From positions 7,929 to 71,928 of the IMG/VR virus record IMGVR_UViG_3300035034_001869: 64,000 nt of DNA; one strand, written 5' to 3'. This stretch comes from a virus. The notes below the pieces were generated by a model that worked only from the letters and a program-made list of their open reading frames with translations, did not search any database and was not told the origin of the DNA. This document shows positions 26,317 to 35,845 of this stretch, in pieces (the first letter of the stretch is position 1; each line of letters opens with the position of its first letter). The translations under genes were made by a program, and so were the position numbers.

Positions 26317-26365
26317 TTTATTGACACAAAACAAAATAACAATTAATTCATCTTGTGTCAATAAA
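26317..26365. promoter_or_regulatory. 13-bp inverted repeat containing two TTGACA boxes (promoter/operator)
   Basis: TTTATTGACACAA ... TTGTGTCAATAAA; minus-strand TTGACA-17-TATTTT points at the RHH gene. Confidence 0.65.
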
Positions 26366-26382
26366 AATTAATTTTTTTTAAT

Positions 26383-26898
26383 CTATATTAATGAGTTCGG
26401 GGATACAAATTTTTCGGCAAATTCCTTAATGACTGGGTTTTGTTTTATCATCGGGATCAGCCGATAAGCTTTCCGGATCATTGTCGCTTGCATGGCAACG
26501 GATCGCTGAGTTCTGTCCATTTTGATACCGATTTCCACATCAGTCAGTTCTTCCAGTTTTAAAGAACAGAGTTGAACATAATCAGCCTCACTCCAAGGCT
26601 TTCCGTGTTTTGTGGGTAGTAGTGTTTTTCTTTGCTCTTTGATCTCTTTGATCGTGGCGATGTTAGCAATCACTGACCCATCGGTATATATGACAAGCAC
26701 TCTATTTTTTGTCATAAATTTTAACAGATCAGAAACAAGATGCAAACTGATATTATTTAATCCCGTGAATTCTTCTATCTCTTTGACGGTTGTACTCCCA
26801 CTTTTGTCAAGGAGAAAATTCGTGATACAAAGATTAACAAGATTGATTCCTCTTTCTGCTTGTGGATGTAATCCCCGAACCATTGGTGAATTTATCAT
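26383..26898 (-). CDS. Putative DNA-binding protein (wHTH + Myb/HTH-like)
   Basis: HGKPWSEAD...EIGIKMDRTQRSV. Confidence 0.65.
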   Translation of the reverse strand: MINSPMVRGLHPQAERGINLVNLCITNFLLDKSGSTTVKEIEEFTGLNNISLHLVSDLLKFMTKNRVLVIYTDGSVIANIATIKEIKEQRKTLLPTKHGKPWSEADYVQLCSLKLEELTDVEIGIKMDRTQRSVAMQATMIRKAYRLIPMIKQNPVIKEFAEKFVSPNSLI

Positions 26899-27422
26899 AT
26901 CAATATCCTATGTAAAACTTCGATTAACATCTCTTTATGACGGACAGAGATACCAGCACTATCTCCTTTTGCTTCCATATCCGACATATCACTTAACAGG
27001 TTCATTAACTCATTTCCCCCTTCCTTTTTCACACTCTCTACCTCCTTTTCTTCTTGTTTTGGGTTATTATTTCCTTCATGTTTCTTCGAATTTCTCGGTA
27101 TTACTTTTTCATGTCTAATTAACCGATGAATTATAGAGTTTATCTGGGATGGAGTAAGTTCATACCTATCCGCTATTTCTCTATATTTAAGCCCATCATT
27201 GTAATCTTGTATAATCTGGCCATCTAATTCAGTAATTGGTTTAAAATTTTTAGTAGTCCTTCTTTCAATAAGCCCGTCATTTTGTAATTTAAGAATCCTG
27301 GTAGAGATAGTTGACAATGGAGTATCAAACATGTCTGCCGTCTCTTGAAATGTCAGCCCTTCCTTCAGGCATTCAATTATTTCTTCATTAGTTGGTTTCT
27401 TCTTTGTCTTTATTACTGTCAT
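26895..27422 (-). CDS. Tandem HTH DNA-binding protein
   Basis: GLTFQETADMFDTPLSTI and GLKYREIADRYELTPSQI. Confidence 0.75.
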   Translation of the reverse strand: MTVIKTKKKPTNEEIIECLKEGLTFQETADMFDTPLSTISTRILKLQNDGLIERRTTKNFKPITELDGQIIQDYNDGLKYREIADRYELTPSQINSIIHRLIRHEKVIPRNSKKHEGNNNPKQEEKEVESVKKEGGNELMNLLSDMSDMEAKGDSAGISVRHKEMLIEVLHRILI

Positions 27423-27432
27423 TTTGGTCTCC

Positions 27433-27535
27433 TTTTAATGGTTAAAAGAACAGATAACGACTATACAGAGCGTAGGAGGCAAGTATAAAACTTTTTTTTA
27501 AAGTCTTGTGTTATCTGTTCTCTTAAACATTAAAA
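27433..27535 (-). promoter_or_regulatory. Long leader hairpin abutting the RBS of the HTH gene
   Basis: 26-bp stem (27510-27535 with 27433-27458) with one mismatch and one G-U pair. Confidence 0.6.
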
Positions 27536-27630
27536 ATAAGAGCGTTTTTGTTCTGTTTAAGCTTGTTTTAGTGTTCAACATATAGCAGTATATATCTTTA
27601 TTCTAAAACAAGCTTAAATAGAGTATTTTG

Positions 27631-27861
27631 TTATTCAAAAACCACTTCCGATAATGAGTGTCCCTGAAACATACCAAAATCATGTTCATCATCGTATGCG
27701 GTTAAATCTTGAACCCAGAACAGATCCAATTCATAATCATTTGATTGGAGATTTGATATGATATCCTCTTCCGTGACAATGACAGTTATTCCATCAATAT
27801 CACCAACCTTTTCCTCTCGTTCACACAAAATTTCCAAGGCTTCCTTTTCAGTCATTTTCAT
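27631..27861 (-). CDS. Hypothetical acidic protein
   Basis: ORF coupled to the upstream gene. Confidence 0.55.
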   Translation of the reverse strand: MKMTEKEALEILCEREEKVGDIDGITVIVTEEDIISNLQSNDYELDLFWVQDLTAYDDEHDFGMFQGHSLSEVVFE

Positions 27862-28130
27862 ATTTCCTTTATTGTTCTTTGATTAAACCATTCTTGTTCT
27901 ACGTATTCGGTGGTTATTAGTTCTAAACTATGCTTAATGGCATTAATTCTCTTGTACTCTTCTGGTATTACCCATTTTCCTCTATCTTTAAAACGATAAA
28001 TTGATATGTAGTACCAATTATTGTAAAGTTCAGATTTTGCTGGTTCTACGGAGGTTATGACAAATTTTAATTCTTTTCCGAGAGAATCTTTTGAATGGAA
28101 TCTTTGTCCTATAACATAAGGCGTAATCAT
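27858..28130 (-). CDS. Hypothetical protein
   Basis: ORF with RBS. Confidence 0.55.
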   Translation of the reverse strand: MITPYVIGQRFHSKDSLGKELKFVITSVEPAKSELYNNWYYISIYRFKDRGKWVIPEEYKRINAIKHSLELITTEYVEQEWFNQRTIKEI

Positions 28131-28132
28131 TT

Positions 28133-28540
28133 TTAATATCCTAAATCATTATTGTCAGCAACAAACACAAGACCACCAAATTCGTAAATCACCCCTTCTT
28201 CTGGATGAATTTCCAAATATTCATTGGCTCTGTGAACCCTGGTAAAAATAGCAGTGATAGCAATCATTTTTCCATCAACTGCTGATTTGATATAAATTCT
28301 TTGTTCTGGTTCTGGTCTTACAATTTCAAGATTAGTTACAGTATCTCCCATTGGCTCACATCCAAATGAATCACCAAAGAAAAGCAGATTGTCTTCATTT
28401 ATTTTTTCCAGCACTTTTAATTCTGTGGTATTATAATCAAATAGAATATCAACTGAGCCATATCTACTTTTTGATAATAAAGATTTAAAAACTGGTCTGT
28501 TCCACGAATCAATCCCTTCAAATTTAACTTTTACTGTCAT
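28133..28540 (-). CDS. Hypothetical protein
   Basis: FEGIDSWNRPVF motif; AAGGAG RBS. Confidence 0.65.
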   Translation of the reverse strand: MTVKVKFEGIDSWNRPVFKSLLSKSRYGSVDILFDYNTTELKVLEKINEDNLLFFGDSFGCEPMGDTVTNLEIVRPEPEQRIYIKSAVDGKMIAITAIFTRVHRANEYLEIHPEEGVIYEFGGLVFVADNNDLGY

Positions 28541-28687
28541 TTTTATCTCCTTATGGTTATAACTCTTTCTCCATCTACAATTTTTACATTTGGCAATTTA
28601 GATATTACCAATTCAAAAGCAATTATTAATTCGTTGTGTTTTGTCTCCTGGGAGAGAGAGCTTAACACTCCCCCTCCCTATGAAATG

Positions 28688-29083
28688 TTATTCTACAATC
28701 AGTTTTTCCAATTCTTCGATGGACAGGTTTTTGCGAACCTCATTCTTTTTCTCCGCAATAAGCTGGCGAATCTGAATATTGTTCTGACCATCTTTCTTTG
28801 CCTGCAAGAGAAGAGCGTTTTCACCTTTTCTGACCTCAATCACACGCTTAACAATATCAAACTTTGCCTCAAGATCCTTGCTGACAGAACTTTTTTCCTC
28901 AACAAAGCTTTCCTCTTCAGCTTCTTTGATTTCTTTGTTGAGTGTTTTTGCCACTTCATCAAGAGATATCAGACCGGATTTGCTTGACAAGGGAAGATCC
29001 CACAAATCTTCAGTGGTGATATTTCCTTTACGTGAAGGATACCTGAATTTACTCTTTGTTGCTGTTTCAAATAAATCTGCCAT
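28688..29083 (-). CDS. Conserved phage coiled-coil protein
   Basis: LFETATKSKFRY...GNITTEDLWDLPL; follows the 666-aa gene. Confidence 0.8.
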   Translation of the reverse strand: MADLFETATKSKFRYPSRKGNITTEDLWDLPLSSKSGLISLDEVAKTLNKEIKEAEEESFVEEKSSVSKDLEAKFDIVKRVIEVRKGENALLLQAKKDGQNNIQIRQLIAEKKNEVRKNLSIEELEKLIVE

Positions 29084-29113
29084 TTTTGTTCTCCCTGTTA
29101 TAATGTTATTGTT

Positions 29114-31114
29114 TTAGAAGTTTATTTTTATGGTTCTTTCAAAACTTCCTTTCACTCTACAGATCAGACTTGCTCTCTTGGTAGATGAAAATCCAAGTCC
29201 GCTTAACTGATCTTCTTTCTGGTCGGTTTTCATCTTTGATCCAAGAACTTCAAAAACTTTTCTGTGTTCTGTCATGCTTTCTTTCAGGAACTCATTGAAA
29301 AATCCCCTGACAGGTTCCCCACTATCACAATTTTCCAGAATGAAGAAATAATGCTTGTTACCAGTTTCTTCCCCGTCCCAATGATTGGGTGAGTTCATGA
29401 TCATATTCACTTTATGGAATTTTTGAGTTCCAAGCTCCCATGTAACTCTGGGGGATTCCTCAGATTCCAGTGATCTCACAATGGTAATGCCTGTTTTTCT
29501 GTCAAAATTGAATATGACGACATCAATATTGGCACTGGTTCTCATAGGTTTTTGATAGTTATAAGTCCAGATCTTTCCTTCATATTCCATTTCAAGAGTG
29601 AACCCGTAATTCTCCGTGTTTCTTTTGGTAAATTGATTGATGAAAACTCTGTACTCGCCTTCGGGCATTTTGTTTTTGTTTGTCCAGGCAATATTTTCAA
29701 CCGGGCTTGTTGATTGCGCATCACCGGCATTCATATCAACATCTAACATTCCAGAAGAAGGATGAACTTGCCTTTTGTTTCCAAAATAGATATGACTTCC
29801 AGCACCGGGTTCCTTCACATGAATATCAAGATCATCTCCGTTAAACCAGGCAAGTGAGCATCTTAAAACAGCATCAATATTTCCGCCTGCTCTTTTTACT
29901 CTCTCTTTAATGGAATCCGCAACTTCCCCATTGTATGACCAGGAAAAGTTATTTCTCCATTTAAACATTCCGGGAGCATCGAAATTGCTCGGGGCAACCA
30001 GGCTCATCAAATTGTTTTCATGTTTGTTTTCAAACATGGCTTCAATTGATTCTGCTTTCGGTAGGATCTCATTTACGAAGGTATCAATACTGACTTCTTC
30101 CACTTTTTTAAGGTTCTTTATATTTGTGGAAGATTCATTTGACATCTCATCAAATACATTCATTGCCTGTTTTGCTTTTCGATCTGCAAACAAAACATTG
30201 TTAATGGTAAGATCATCCATTTTTGCATTTCTTCTTGGCAGTGAATCAATGAACCCAAGCTGTTCGATTTTTTCCTGAGCTTTCTTTATCATTCTTTGAG
30301 TAATAACGGCAGTTGGTCTTTTGTAATTTTCCGGGGCAACCTTTGACTCAAACATTCCCACAGCTTTGTCCAAGTTCATACCAATCGAGATATCAATCAG
30401 CAAAGTTCCAATTGCCGTATTTCGTATTCTTGCGCCGGATTCGTTGCAGAATTTCCAGGCAAAAGTATTAAGATAGGGAAGTCCAAAATTATCAGCAATA
30501 AAACACAATTTTTGAAAGTCCATAACAGCTTGTTTGTGTTCATCCCCACGATAGATGGAATCTTGACTGATCAGTTCCAAAACGGTTTCAATTGATTCAT
30601 TTGTGATTTCGTCCAACCCTCTGAGAAAAACATCCTTGTTTGCTCTTGTTTTGGAAAGGACAGTTCCTGGGTCAGTATTGATAAATTTTCTCGGCAGTTT
30701 GAAATAGAAATGATCCCACCGCATATCTTCAATTTTTGCATCGAAATTTGACTTAGTTCCAATATTCTGTTCCCAATGAAGGAATTGATCAGATATCTTT
30801 TCATCCTTTACCAAACGAGACATGTTATCTGCCACTTCTTGGTAATACTTTCCTTTGATTTTGATATCCCATATTGATGTCAGTGTCAAATCCTTGTTAA
30901 TACTTACAACATCACCACAAGCACGAATGAACTGTTTACAACATTGACAATCATGGAGTGTTCTCTCCCTGAATACTGGGTTTGATCCGTCCGGAAAACT
31001 ATTCAGATATGTTTCCCACAGAATATCTTTATCAATTCCAGTTCGGAACAATTTACCCTTTGCCATTTTTGAAAATTGATGATTTACAGCATCTCTAAAT
31101 TCCACGAAATCCAT
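29114..31114 (-). CDS. Large conserved phage protein (N-terminal HDCQCC motif; C-terminal YfaP/DUF2135-like DLDIH domain)
   Basis: LWETYLNSFP, HDCQCCKQF, RCSLAWFNGDDLDIH, GMLDVDMN and PVENI motifs. Confidence 0.85.
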   Translation of the reverse strand: MDFVEFRDAVNHQFSKMAKGKLFRTGIDKDILWETYLNSFPDGSNPVFRERTLHDCQCCKQFIRACGDVVSINKDLTLTSIWDIKIKGKYYQEVADNMSRLVKDEKISDQFLHWEQNIGTKSNFDAKIEDMRWDHFYFKLPRKFINTDPGTVLSKTRANKDVFLRGLDEITNESIETVLELISQDSIYRGDEHKQAVMDFQKLCFIADNFGLPYLNTFAWKFCNESGARIRNTAIGTLLIDISIGMNLDKAVGMFESKVAPENYKRPTAVITQRMIKKAQEKIEQLGFIDSLPRRNAKMDDLTINNVLFADRKAKQAMNVFDEMSNESSTNIKNLKKVEEVSIDTFVNEILPKAESIEAMFENKHENNLMSLVAPSNFDAPGMFKWRNNFSWSYNGEVADSIKERVKRAGGNIDAVLRCSLAWFNGDDLDIHVKEPGAGSHIYFGNKRQVHPSSGMLDVDMNAGDAQSTSPVENIAWTNKNKMPEGEYRVFINQFTKRNTENYGFTLEMEYEGKIWTYNYQKPMRTSANIDVVIFNFDRKTGITIVRSLESEESPRVTWELGTQKFHKVNMIMNSPNHWDGEETGNKHYFFILENCDSGEPVRGFFNEFLKESMTEHRKVFEVLGSKMKTDQKEDQLSGLGFSSTKRASLICRVKGSFERTIKINF

Positions 31115-31162
31115 TTACTTCTCCTTTTATATTACATTGCCCTGGTTTATCCCAGGTGGGTT

Positions 31163-31429
31163 TTACCAATCAAGATGTTTCTCTATTTCATCTGCAATTC
31201 CGTCCCAGTATCCCAGATTTTTCTTTGGGTTTGTTACGGAATCAGTTAAAATGGTTATTTTAATATCCTCCCCAAAAGACTCTCCGTATTGAACTTCTTT
31301 TACCTCATTTCTTTTTTTGAGTTTTTGTCGTAATGCTTTGTATCCACGTTTGTCAGCCTTCATTATCTTATCAATGATCTGAGAGGATAATTTAATTGCG
31401 TAGGTGATACTGATAATGGTTATATTCAT
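31163..31429 (-). CDS. Hypothetical protein
   Basis: AAGGAG RBS before MNIT. Confidence 0.55.
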   Translation of the reverse strand: MNITIISITYAIKLSSQIIDKIMKADKRGYKALRQKLKKRNEVKEVQYGESFGEDIKITILTDSVTNPKKNLGYWDGIADEIEKHLDW

Positions 31430-31437
31430 TTTTCTCC

Positions 31438-31872
31438 TTACCAATTACTGTTGTCGTATTGGATTTCTTTTGCCCGCATTAATCCTTGTCTCAGATTTAC
31501 ATTTTCTTCCAGATCTTTCTCCGAGATACCGCAGGCTTCCAAAGTATCGGTTTCATCATACGTGACGCAGTATTCATGGTTTGCCAATTCATAATCAAAC
31601 ATTTGAAAAATAAATCCCTTTCCGTCAACGTCTGCTTTTATGGCATCTTTCATTTCTTGGTTATGGGTTGCAAGCAAATCTTTTAATTTTGGAGCATCTG
31701 ATTTTTTATAAATTGCCCCACCGTACCCCTGATAAACTTTTTCGGTATCTGTTAGATCAAGTCCCAGTTTTTCCATGCCTTCTGCAAATTGTTCTTTATT
31801 GAAAGCAAAAAACATTGGAAAGTTTCCAAATTCTTTCTGGTGTCTGTTCTTCATTTCAAAGTAAGCATTCAT
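31438..31872 (-). CDS. Conserved hypothetical protein of phages/MGEs
   Basis: FFAFNKEQFAEGM and MFDYELANHEY motifs. Confidence 0.75.
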   Translation of the reverse strand: MNAYFEMKNRHQKEFGNFPMFFAFNKEQFAEGMEKLGLDLTDTEKVYQGYGGAIYKKSDAPKLKDLLATHNQEMKDAIKADVDGKGFIFQMFDYELANHEYCVTYDETDTLEACGISEKDLEENVNLRQGLMRAKEIQYDNSNW

Positions 31873-32162
31873 TATTCTAAATCCTTTAATGATATGTTAT
31901 AGTGAGTCCAATCTTGTGACGGACCGTTGGAACAATATTCATAGTCCTTAAAAGTATCTCTTTCGCCAATGATCATGGATTTGGTTTTTACTTTCAATTT
32001 GTGATATTTGGCAAGATAGTTTTTCAGGGGCACCTTTTGTTTTCCAGCCTCAAACTTAGTTTTAAAACCAACCCCTTCTTTCTCAGATAACAGAACCCGG
32101 TGATTTTTTCCATACAAATCATCAGCTACATACCAATCAAATGTTAATACTAAATCTGCCAT
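31872..32162 (-). CDS. Hypothetical protein
   Basis: Coupled ORF. Confidence 0.6.
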   Translation of the reverse strand: MADLVLTFDWYVADDLYGKNHRVLLSEKEGVGFKTKFEAGKQKVPLKNYLAKYHKLKVKTKSMIIGERDTFKDYEYCSNGPSQDWTHYNISLKDLE

Positions 32163-32166
32163 TCTT

Positions 32167-32403
32167 TTATTCCCCTTTTTTTATCAGTTTTTTATCAATC
32201 CATATCCATCTATTAACCGGATAATCATTTTTGTATTTTACAAGAGCTACCATTTTTCCTTTTGCCAAGAATCGGTTAAATTCATCATTGATTTTATCCC
32301 AAGCCCAGTTTGAGTCTTGTTTGTTCATAAACTTGGCAAACTCATGATCAGTCATTTCTGTTTGAACCATACCGAAAAGTTCTTTGGTTTTAATCTCTGC
32401 CAT
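32167..32403 (-). CDS. Hypothetical protein
   Basis: GGAG RBS before MAEIK. Confidence 0.55.
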   Translation of the reverse strand: MAEIKTKELFGMVQTEMTDHEFAKFMNKQDSNWAWDKINDEFNRFLAKGKMVALVKYKNDYPVNRWIWIDKKLIKKGE

Positions 32404-32679
32404 TTTTATTTTCTCTCCCTCTATTGGGTTGTTTGATATGAATTGATGGCTTGCTGTTTTCAATAAATTTTTTAGGGATAATATTCATGGACATTATCGT
32501 ATAAGATGGCGGTTGTTGAAATGTATGAATCCATCTTAGAAATTTATTCCAGTCCATATTTAATTTCCACCTCCTCTAAAGATCGTAATTGATATCAGAT
32601 TGGAACAAACTTATAACCCAAATAACCAAAATCACAACAGCTATTAAAGCACATATACCTGTTATAATTATTCCGATTT

Positions 32680-33099
32680 TCATTTTCTCCCTGTTCCTTT
32701 TGAAGGGCAATTCCCAAAGGGCCTGAATTGCTTTAGATTTTTAATTTTGTCAGGGTTCCAAAAATGATTCCCGTTGAAATTTCCATTGTCTTTGATATAC
32801 TCAGGAAGATGTTGCCATTTTCTGACATGAACTACTCTTCCATTTTTGTTTGTATAGTACAAGAACCACTCAACCCAATCAGATTGTAAGATGCGGAACA
32901 AGGTTTGTTGGATTCCTGATAATTTTCCCACGTAATATTGAGTCAGTTTTTTCATGTGTGGATGATTTCTGAATTTCTTTTGGTTTTCCTGAAATTGATC
33001 GAAGTTAGGACGGTAGATTTTGGCTTGCCTGTATACGTCCCAAATTATTTGTTCCACTTTATCTGCTTTGTTATATTGAACTTGATGGTGATCTGACAT
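32680..33099 (-). CDS. Hypothetical protein
   Basis: ACCGTAGGAGGT RBS before MSDHH. Confidence 0.65.
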   Translation of the reverse strand: MSDHHQVQYNKADKVEQIIWDVYRQAKIYRPNFDQFQENQKKFRNHPHMKKLTQYYVGKLSGIQQTLFRILQSDWVEWFLYYTNKNGRVVHVRKWQHLPEYIKDNGNFNGNHFWNPDKIKNLKQFRPFGNCPSKGTGRK

Positions 33100-33127
33100 T
33101 TGTTTACCTCCTACGGTATGATTTAAA

Positions 33128-33162
33128 ATCACCAGGGATCAAAATTGATAACCCCTGGTGAT
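33128..33162 (-). terminator. Hairpin, probable terminator
   Basis: ATCACCAGGG...CCCTGGTGAT inverted repeat followed by TTT on the minus strand. Confidence 0.55.
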
Positions 33163-33184
33163 TACCCAATGTCTTGTTCTTACT

Positions 33185-33910
33185 TTACTTCTTTTTGGCA
33201 GTCTTTTTCTTGGTAATTTTTTCAGTTCCGGTTTTGATTCCGGACATGGCTTTTGTAATAATACCTTCAATCAAAACCTGAATGAAATCAAGTTTGGAAG
33301 AGATCTGCACAGCACCAACAAATGATGCAGAATCGGAAGCCTTTTTAATGGTTTCAGATTCAATAAAGGTATCGGATGCCAATTTCAGGATATTTCCGAT
33401 AATGAAATCAGAATATCCATCGGTATTCATTATGGTCTTTACGTTTTCAGGAACTGTATCCGATTCCAGGATTGCAGTTCTGATTCCGTTGATGATTGCT
33501 CCGCCGTATTGCATTTTAATGGCGATATCTTTTGTTTCTACGATAATATCTTTGGCAGAGTTTGTCAGTTTTTGGGCTTTATCCATTTTTTCAGTATCCT
33601 CTTTTTTAGAGATGGGTTTTTTCTTGTCCAGTCTTTCCGTAACTTCCAGGAATCTGGATGCTTTGTCGTTTGTGTCTAAGGAATATCCTTGAATTGTAAG
33701 TGTATCCCCTCTGGCAATTTTTACCATTTCTCCTTTTTTAAAATCTTTTGTTTCTGTAAAGTAATGATAGTTTTTCATGGAGCCTGGATAACGCACCACC
33801 ACTACAAGTTCATCTTCATTTTCAAACCAATCATCCATATCATCGCCATTGTCGTCAACTGCTCCTTCCATGGATTCGTAATCTTCAAAAATCTGGTGTT
33901 TTCTCATCAC
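33185..33910 (-). CDS. Hypothetical protein
   Basis: 241-aa ORF with its own promoter and RBS. Confidence 0.7.
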   Translation of the reverse strand: MMRKHQIFEDYESMEGAVDDNGDDMDDWFENEDELVVVVRYPGSMKNYHYFTETKDFKKGEMVKIARGDTLTIQGYSLDTNDKASRFLEVTERLDKKKPISKKEDTEKMDKAQKLTNSAKDIIVETKDIAIKMQYGGAIINGIRTAILESDTVPENVKTIMNTDGYSDFIIGNILKLASDTFIESETIKKASDSASFVGAVQISSKLDFIQVLIEGIITKAMSGIKTGTEKITKKKTAKKK

Positions 33911-33955
33911 ATTGTTTTCTCCTTTAATAGTGTATTAATAGTTTACTACATACAT

Positions 33956-33984
33956 AAAATAAAACACTTTAAAACATTTGTCAA
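33956..33984 (-). promoter_or_regulatory. Sigma70-type early promoter
   Basis: TTGACA-17 nt-TATTTT. Confidence 0.6.
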
Positions 33985-33995
33985 CATGTTTTATT

Positions 33996-34229
33996 TTACT
34001 CCTTTTTTTCGTTTATATCCCCCTTTTCAAGACGGGAGAAAGGTGGCATCCAACCGGCATTTATATAAATCTCTGCCTGTTGTTCCAATGCCAAATTTAT
34101 TATATCATTATTCAATTTCTTATAGGTTAAATGTATATCCCAGTAAAAAATGGAAGTAATAAGAAGCATTATCCATAGTGCCGTAATTGACTGATGGTAT
34201 TTTTTTTTATAATCAATTTCCTTTTTCAT
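33996..34229 (-). CDS. Small membrane protein
   Basis: One TM helix; AAGGAG RBS. Confidence 0.6.
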   Translation of the reverse strand: MKKEIDYKKKYHQSITALWIMLLITSIFYWDIHLTYKKLNNDIINLALEQQAEIYINAGWMPPFSRLEKGDINEKKE

Positions 34230-34236
34230 TTTCTCC

Positions 34237-34554
34237 TTATGAAAATCTTTTATTTACTTTATCCTGCAATTCTTCAATTAACAGTTCAAGTCTGGAAATA
34301 ACATCAGGCAATCCAGATTCACACGGACAATTATCATCTTTAGTTGGAAATTTCTCATGGCAAACGGGACAAAATATATTAACCCTATTGCTCGCACCAA
34401 TACTTATTGAAGAATGATCTTTTTTTAGCCCATCTTCACAAATCATTCTTGGACAAGTTTTAGGGGAGTAAGAACATTTCCCATTAAGCCTATCTCTTAC
34501 TTCGGTATACAGGTCTAACTGTACTTTAGTACATACCCAATTTTTCATTTTCAT
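34237..34554 (-). CDS. Cys-rich hypothetical protein
   Basis: CPVC and CPC motifs. Confidence 0.6.
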   Translation of the reverse strand: MKMKNWVCTKVQLDLYTEVRDRLNGKCSYSPKTCPRMICEDGLKKDHSSISIGASNRVNIFCPVCHEKFPTKDDNCPCESGLPDVISRLELLIEELQDKVNKRFS

Positions 34555-34757
34555 TTTTCCTCTGCTATTTGTAAACCTATTTCGATTCCTTTCAATACCA
34601 GATATGCTTCACGGGTACTCAATCCGCATTCGTAGCATTCATTCCCTTTTGCATTATCAATTGCCCAGTAATTATTTCTATTATCAACCCGGACAATTTT
34701 TTTACCCTTGTTTAATCTTTGGGATTTGAAGTCTATCATTTTTCCGGTTATTCTCAT
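34551..34757 (-). CDS. Hypothetical protein
   Basis: Coupled ORF. Confidence 0.55.
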   Translation of the reverse strand: MRITGKMIDFKSQRLNKGKKIVRVDNRNNYWAIDNAKGNECYECGLSTREAYLVLKGIEIGLQIAEEK

Positions 34758-34962
34758 GACTAATTCCTTTTATTTTATCATTCAGGTTATGGATTATTCT
34801 GATTGCCTTGAAGAACTCTGGAGCGGTTTCCTGAATATGCAGGAATTGAGCAATTAATGCACGTGATCTTATATAAGTTAATTTTTCTTCAATGGTTAAA
34901 TTGGTATCAATCAGTTTGTGTTCTATTTTTGGAAGTTTTAAATCAAAATCATGAATTACCAT
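34702..34962 (-). CDS. Hypothetical protein
   Basis: AAGGAG RBS. Confidence 0.55.
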   Translation of the reverse strand: MVIHDFDLKLPKIEHKLIDTNLTIEEKLTYIRSRALIAQFLHIQETAPEFFKAIRIIHNLNDKIKGISHENNRKNDRLQIPKIKQG

Positions 34963-35290
34963 TAAAATCTCCTTTAATTAAATGATCAAAATACCCTTTC
35001 CTGATTTTTCCATAAATCCAATTCAAATGAGTTTTTGGTAAGTGTGAATCCATTCCAATGACTTGAACATGAAATCCGGTAATTGGATTTATTGCACCAT
35101 CTTTGAACAATTGAATATTGTGACCGTAAATACAGCCATGATTTGAAAACCAATTACCAACAATTGAGATATGTCCATTCTTGTCAATTGTGATTAAAGT
35201 ATTCCCAAATTTCCTTTGGCAATATTCTCTTTCTATAGGTTTAGGTTCTGTCATTGCTCGTAATTGTGAAAGGCATTTTTCCACATCCAT
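34949..35290 (-). CDS. Hypothetical protein
   Basis: AGGAGG RBS before MDVEK. Confidence 0.6.
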   Translation of the reverse strand: MDVEKCLSQLRAMTEPKPIEREYCQRKFGNTLITIDKNGHISIVGNWFSNHGCIYGHNIQLFKDGAINPITGFHVQVIGMDSHLPKTHLNWIYGKIRKGYFDHLIKGDFNGNS

Positions 35291-35462
35291 TTTTATCCTC
35301 CTTTTGAATTGACATAAACATTTGATCCGTTGTAAAAACTCTTCCACAATATTCACATTCCCAACTATATATGATATATGGATTAGTATTGATTCTTTTC
35401 AATTGTTCCTTTTTAATCAATTCTCCAGGACAAATGATTTTGGATATTTCAGAACATTTCAT
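35241..35462 (-). CDS. Small zinc-ribbon-like protein
   Basis: WECEYCG; RBS before MKCSE. Confidence 0.5.
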   Translation of the reverse strand: MKCSEISKIICPGELIKKEQLKRINTNPYIIYSWECEYCGRVFTTDQMFMSIQKEDKNGCGKMPFTITSNDRT

Positions 35463-35596
35463 TTTTAATTTTCCTTTAATTGTCGTATTTCTTCCTCGAT
35501 TGCTTTTAGAACCCAATTTCTGGTTTCATTTTCCAAAACAATTTCAAGGGCCTTTATTTGATCCCTTTTTTTATGGCTCATTTTTACCCCCTAAAT

Positions 35597-35827
35597 TTAA
35601 TATAGTGTACTACAGGAAAGGTGTCTGTATAAGGCCCGTGTCCATCCGGTATCTTTAACAGATATCCATAAGTGTCCATATCCATTACACAATAGGCATG
35701 GAGCATCATCACCATGAATTGCACCAAATCCTCTACAATTTGGGCATTTACCTTTTTTTGCTTTCTCAACTAATTCTTTGGATTTATTATAAACTTTTGT
35801 CATATTATTTTTCCTCCAGAATTTCAC
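35597..35827 (-). CDS. Small DnaJ-type zinc-finger protein
   Basis: CPNCRGFG...CLLCNGYG. Confidence 0.6.
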   Translation of the reverse strand: MKFWRKNNMTKVYNKSKELVEKAKKGKCPNCRGFGAIHGDDAPCLLCNGYGHLWISVKDTGWTRALYRHLSCSTLY

Positions 35828-35845
35828 AATTTTCCCGGATTTATT

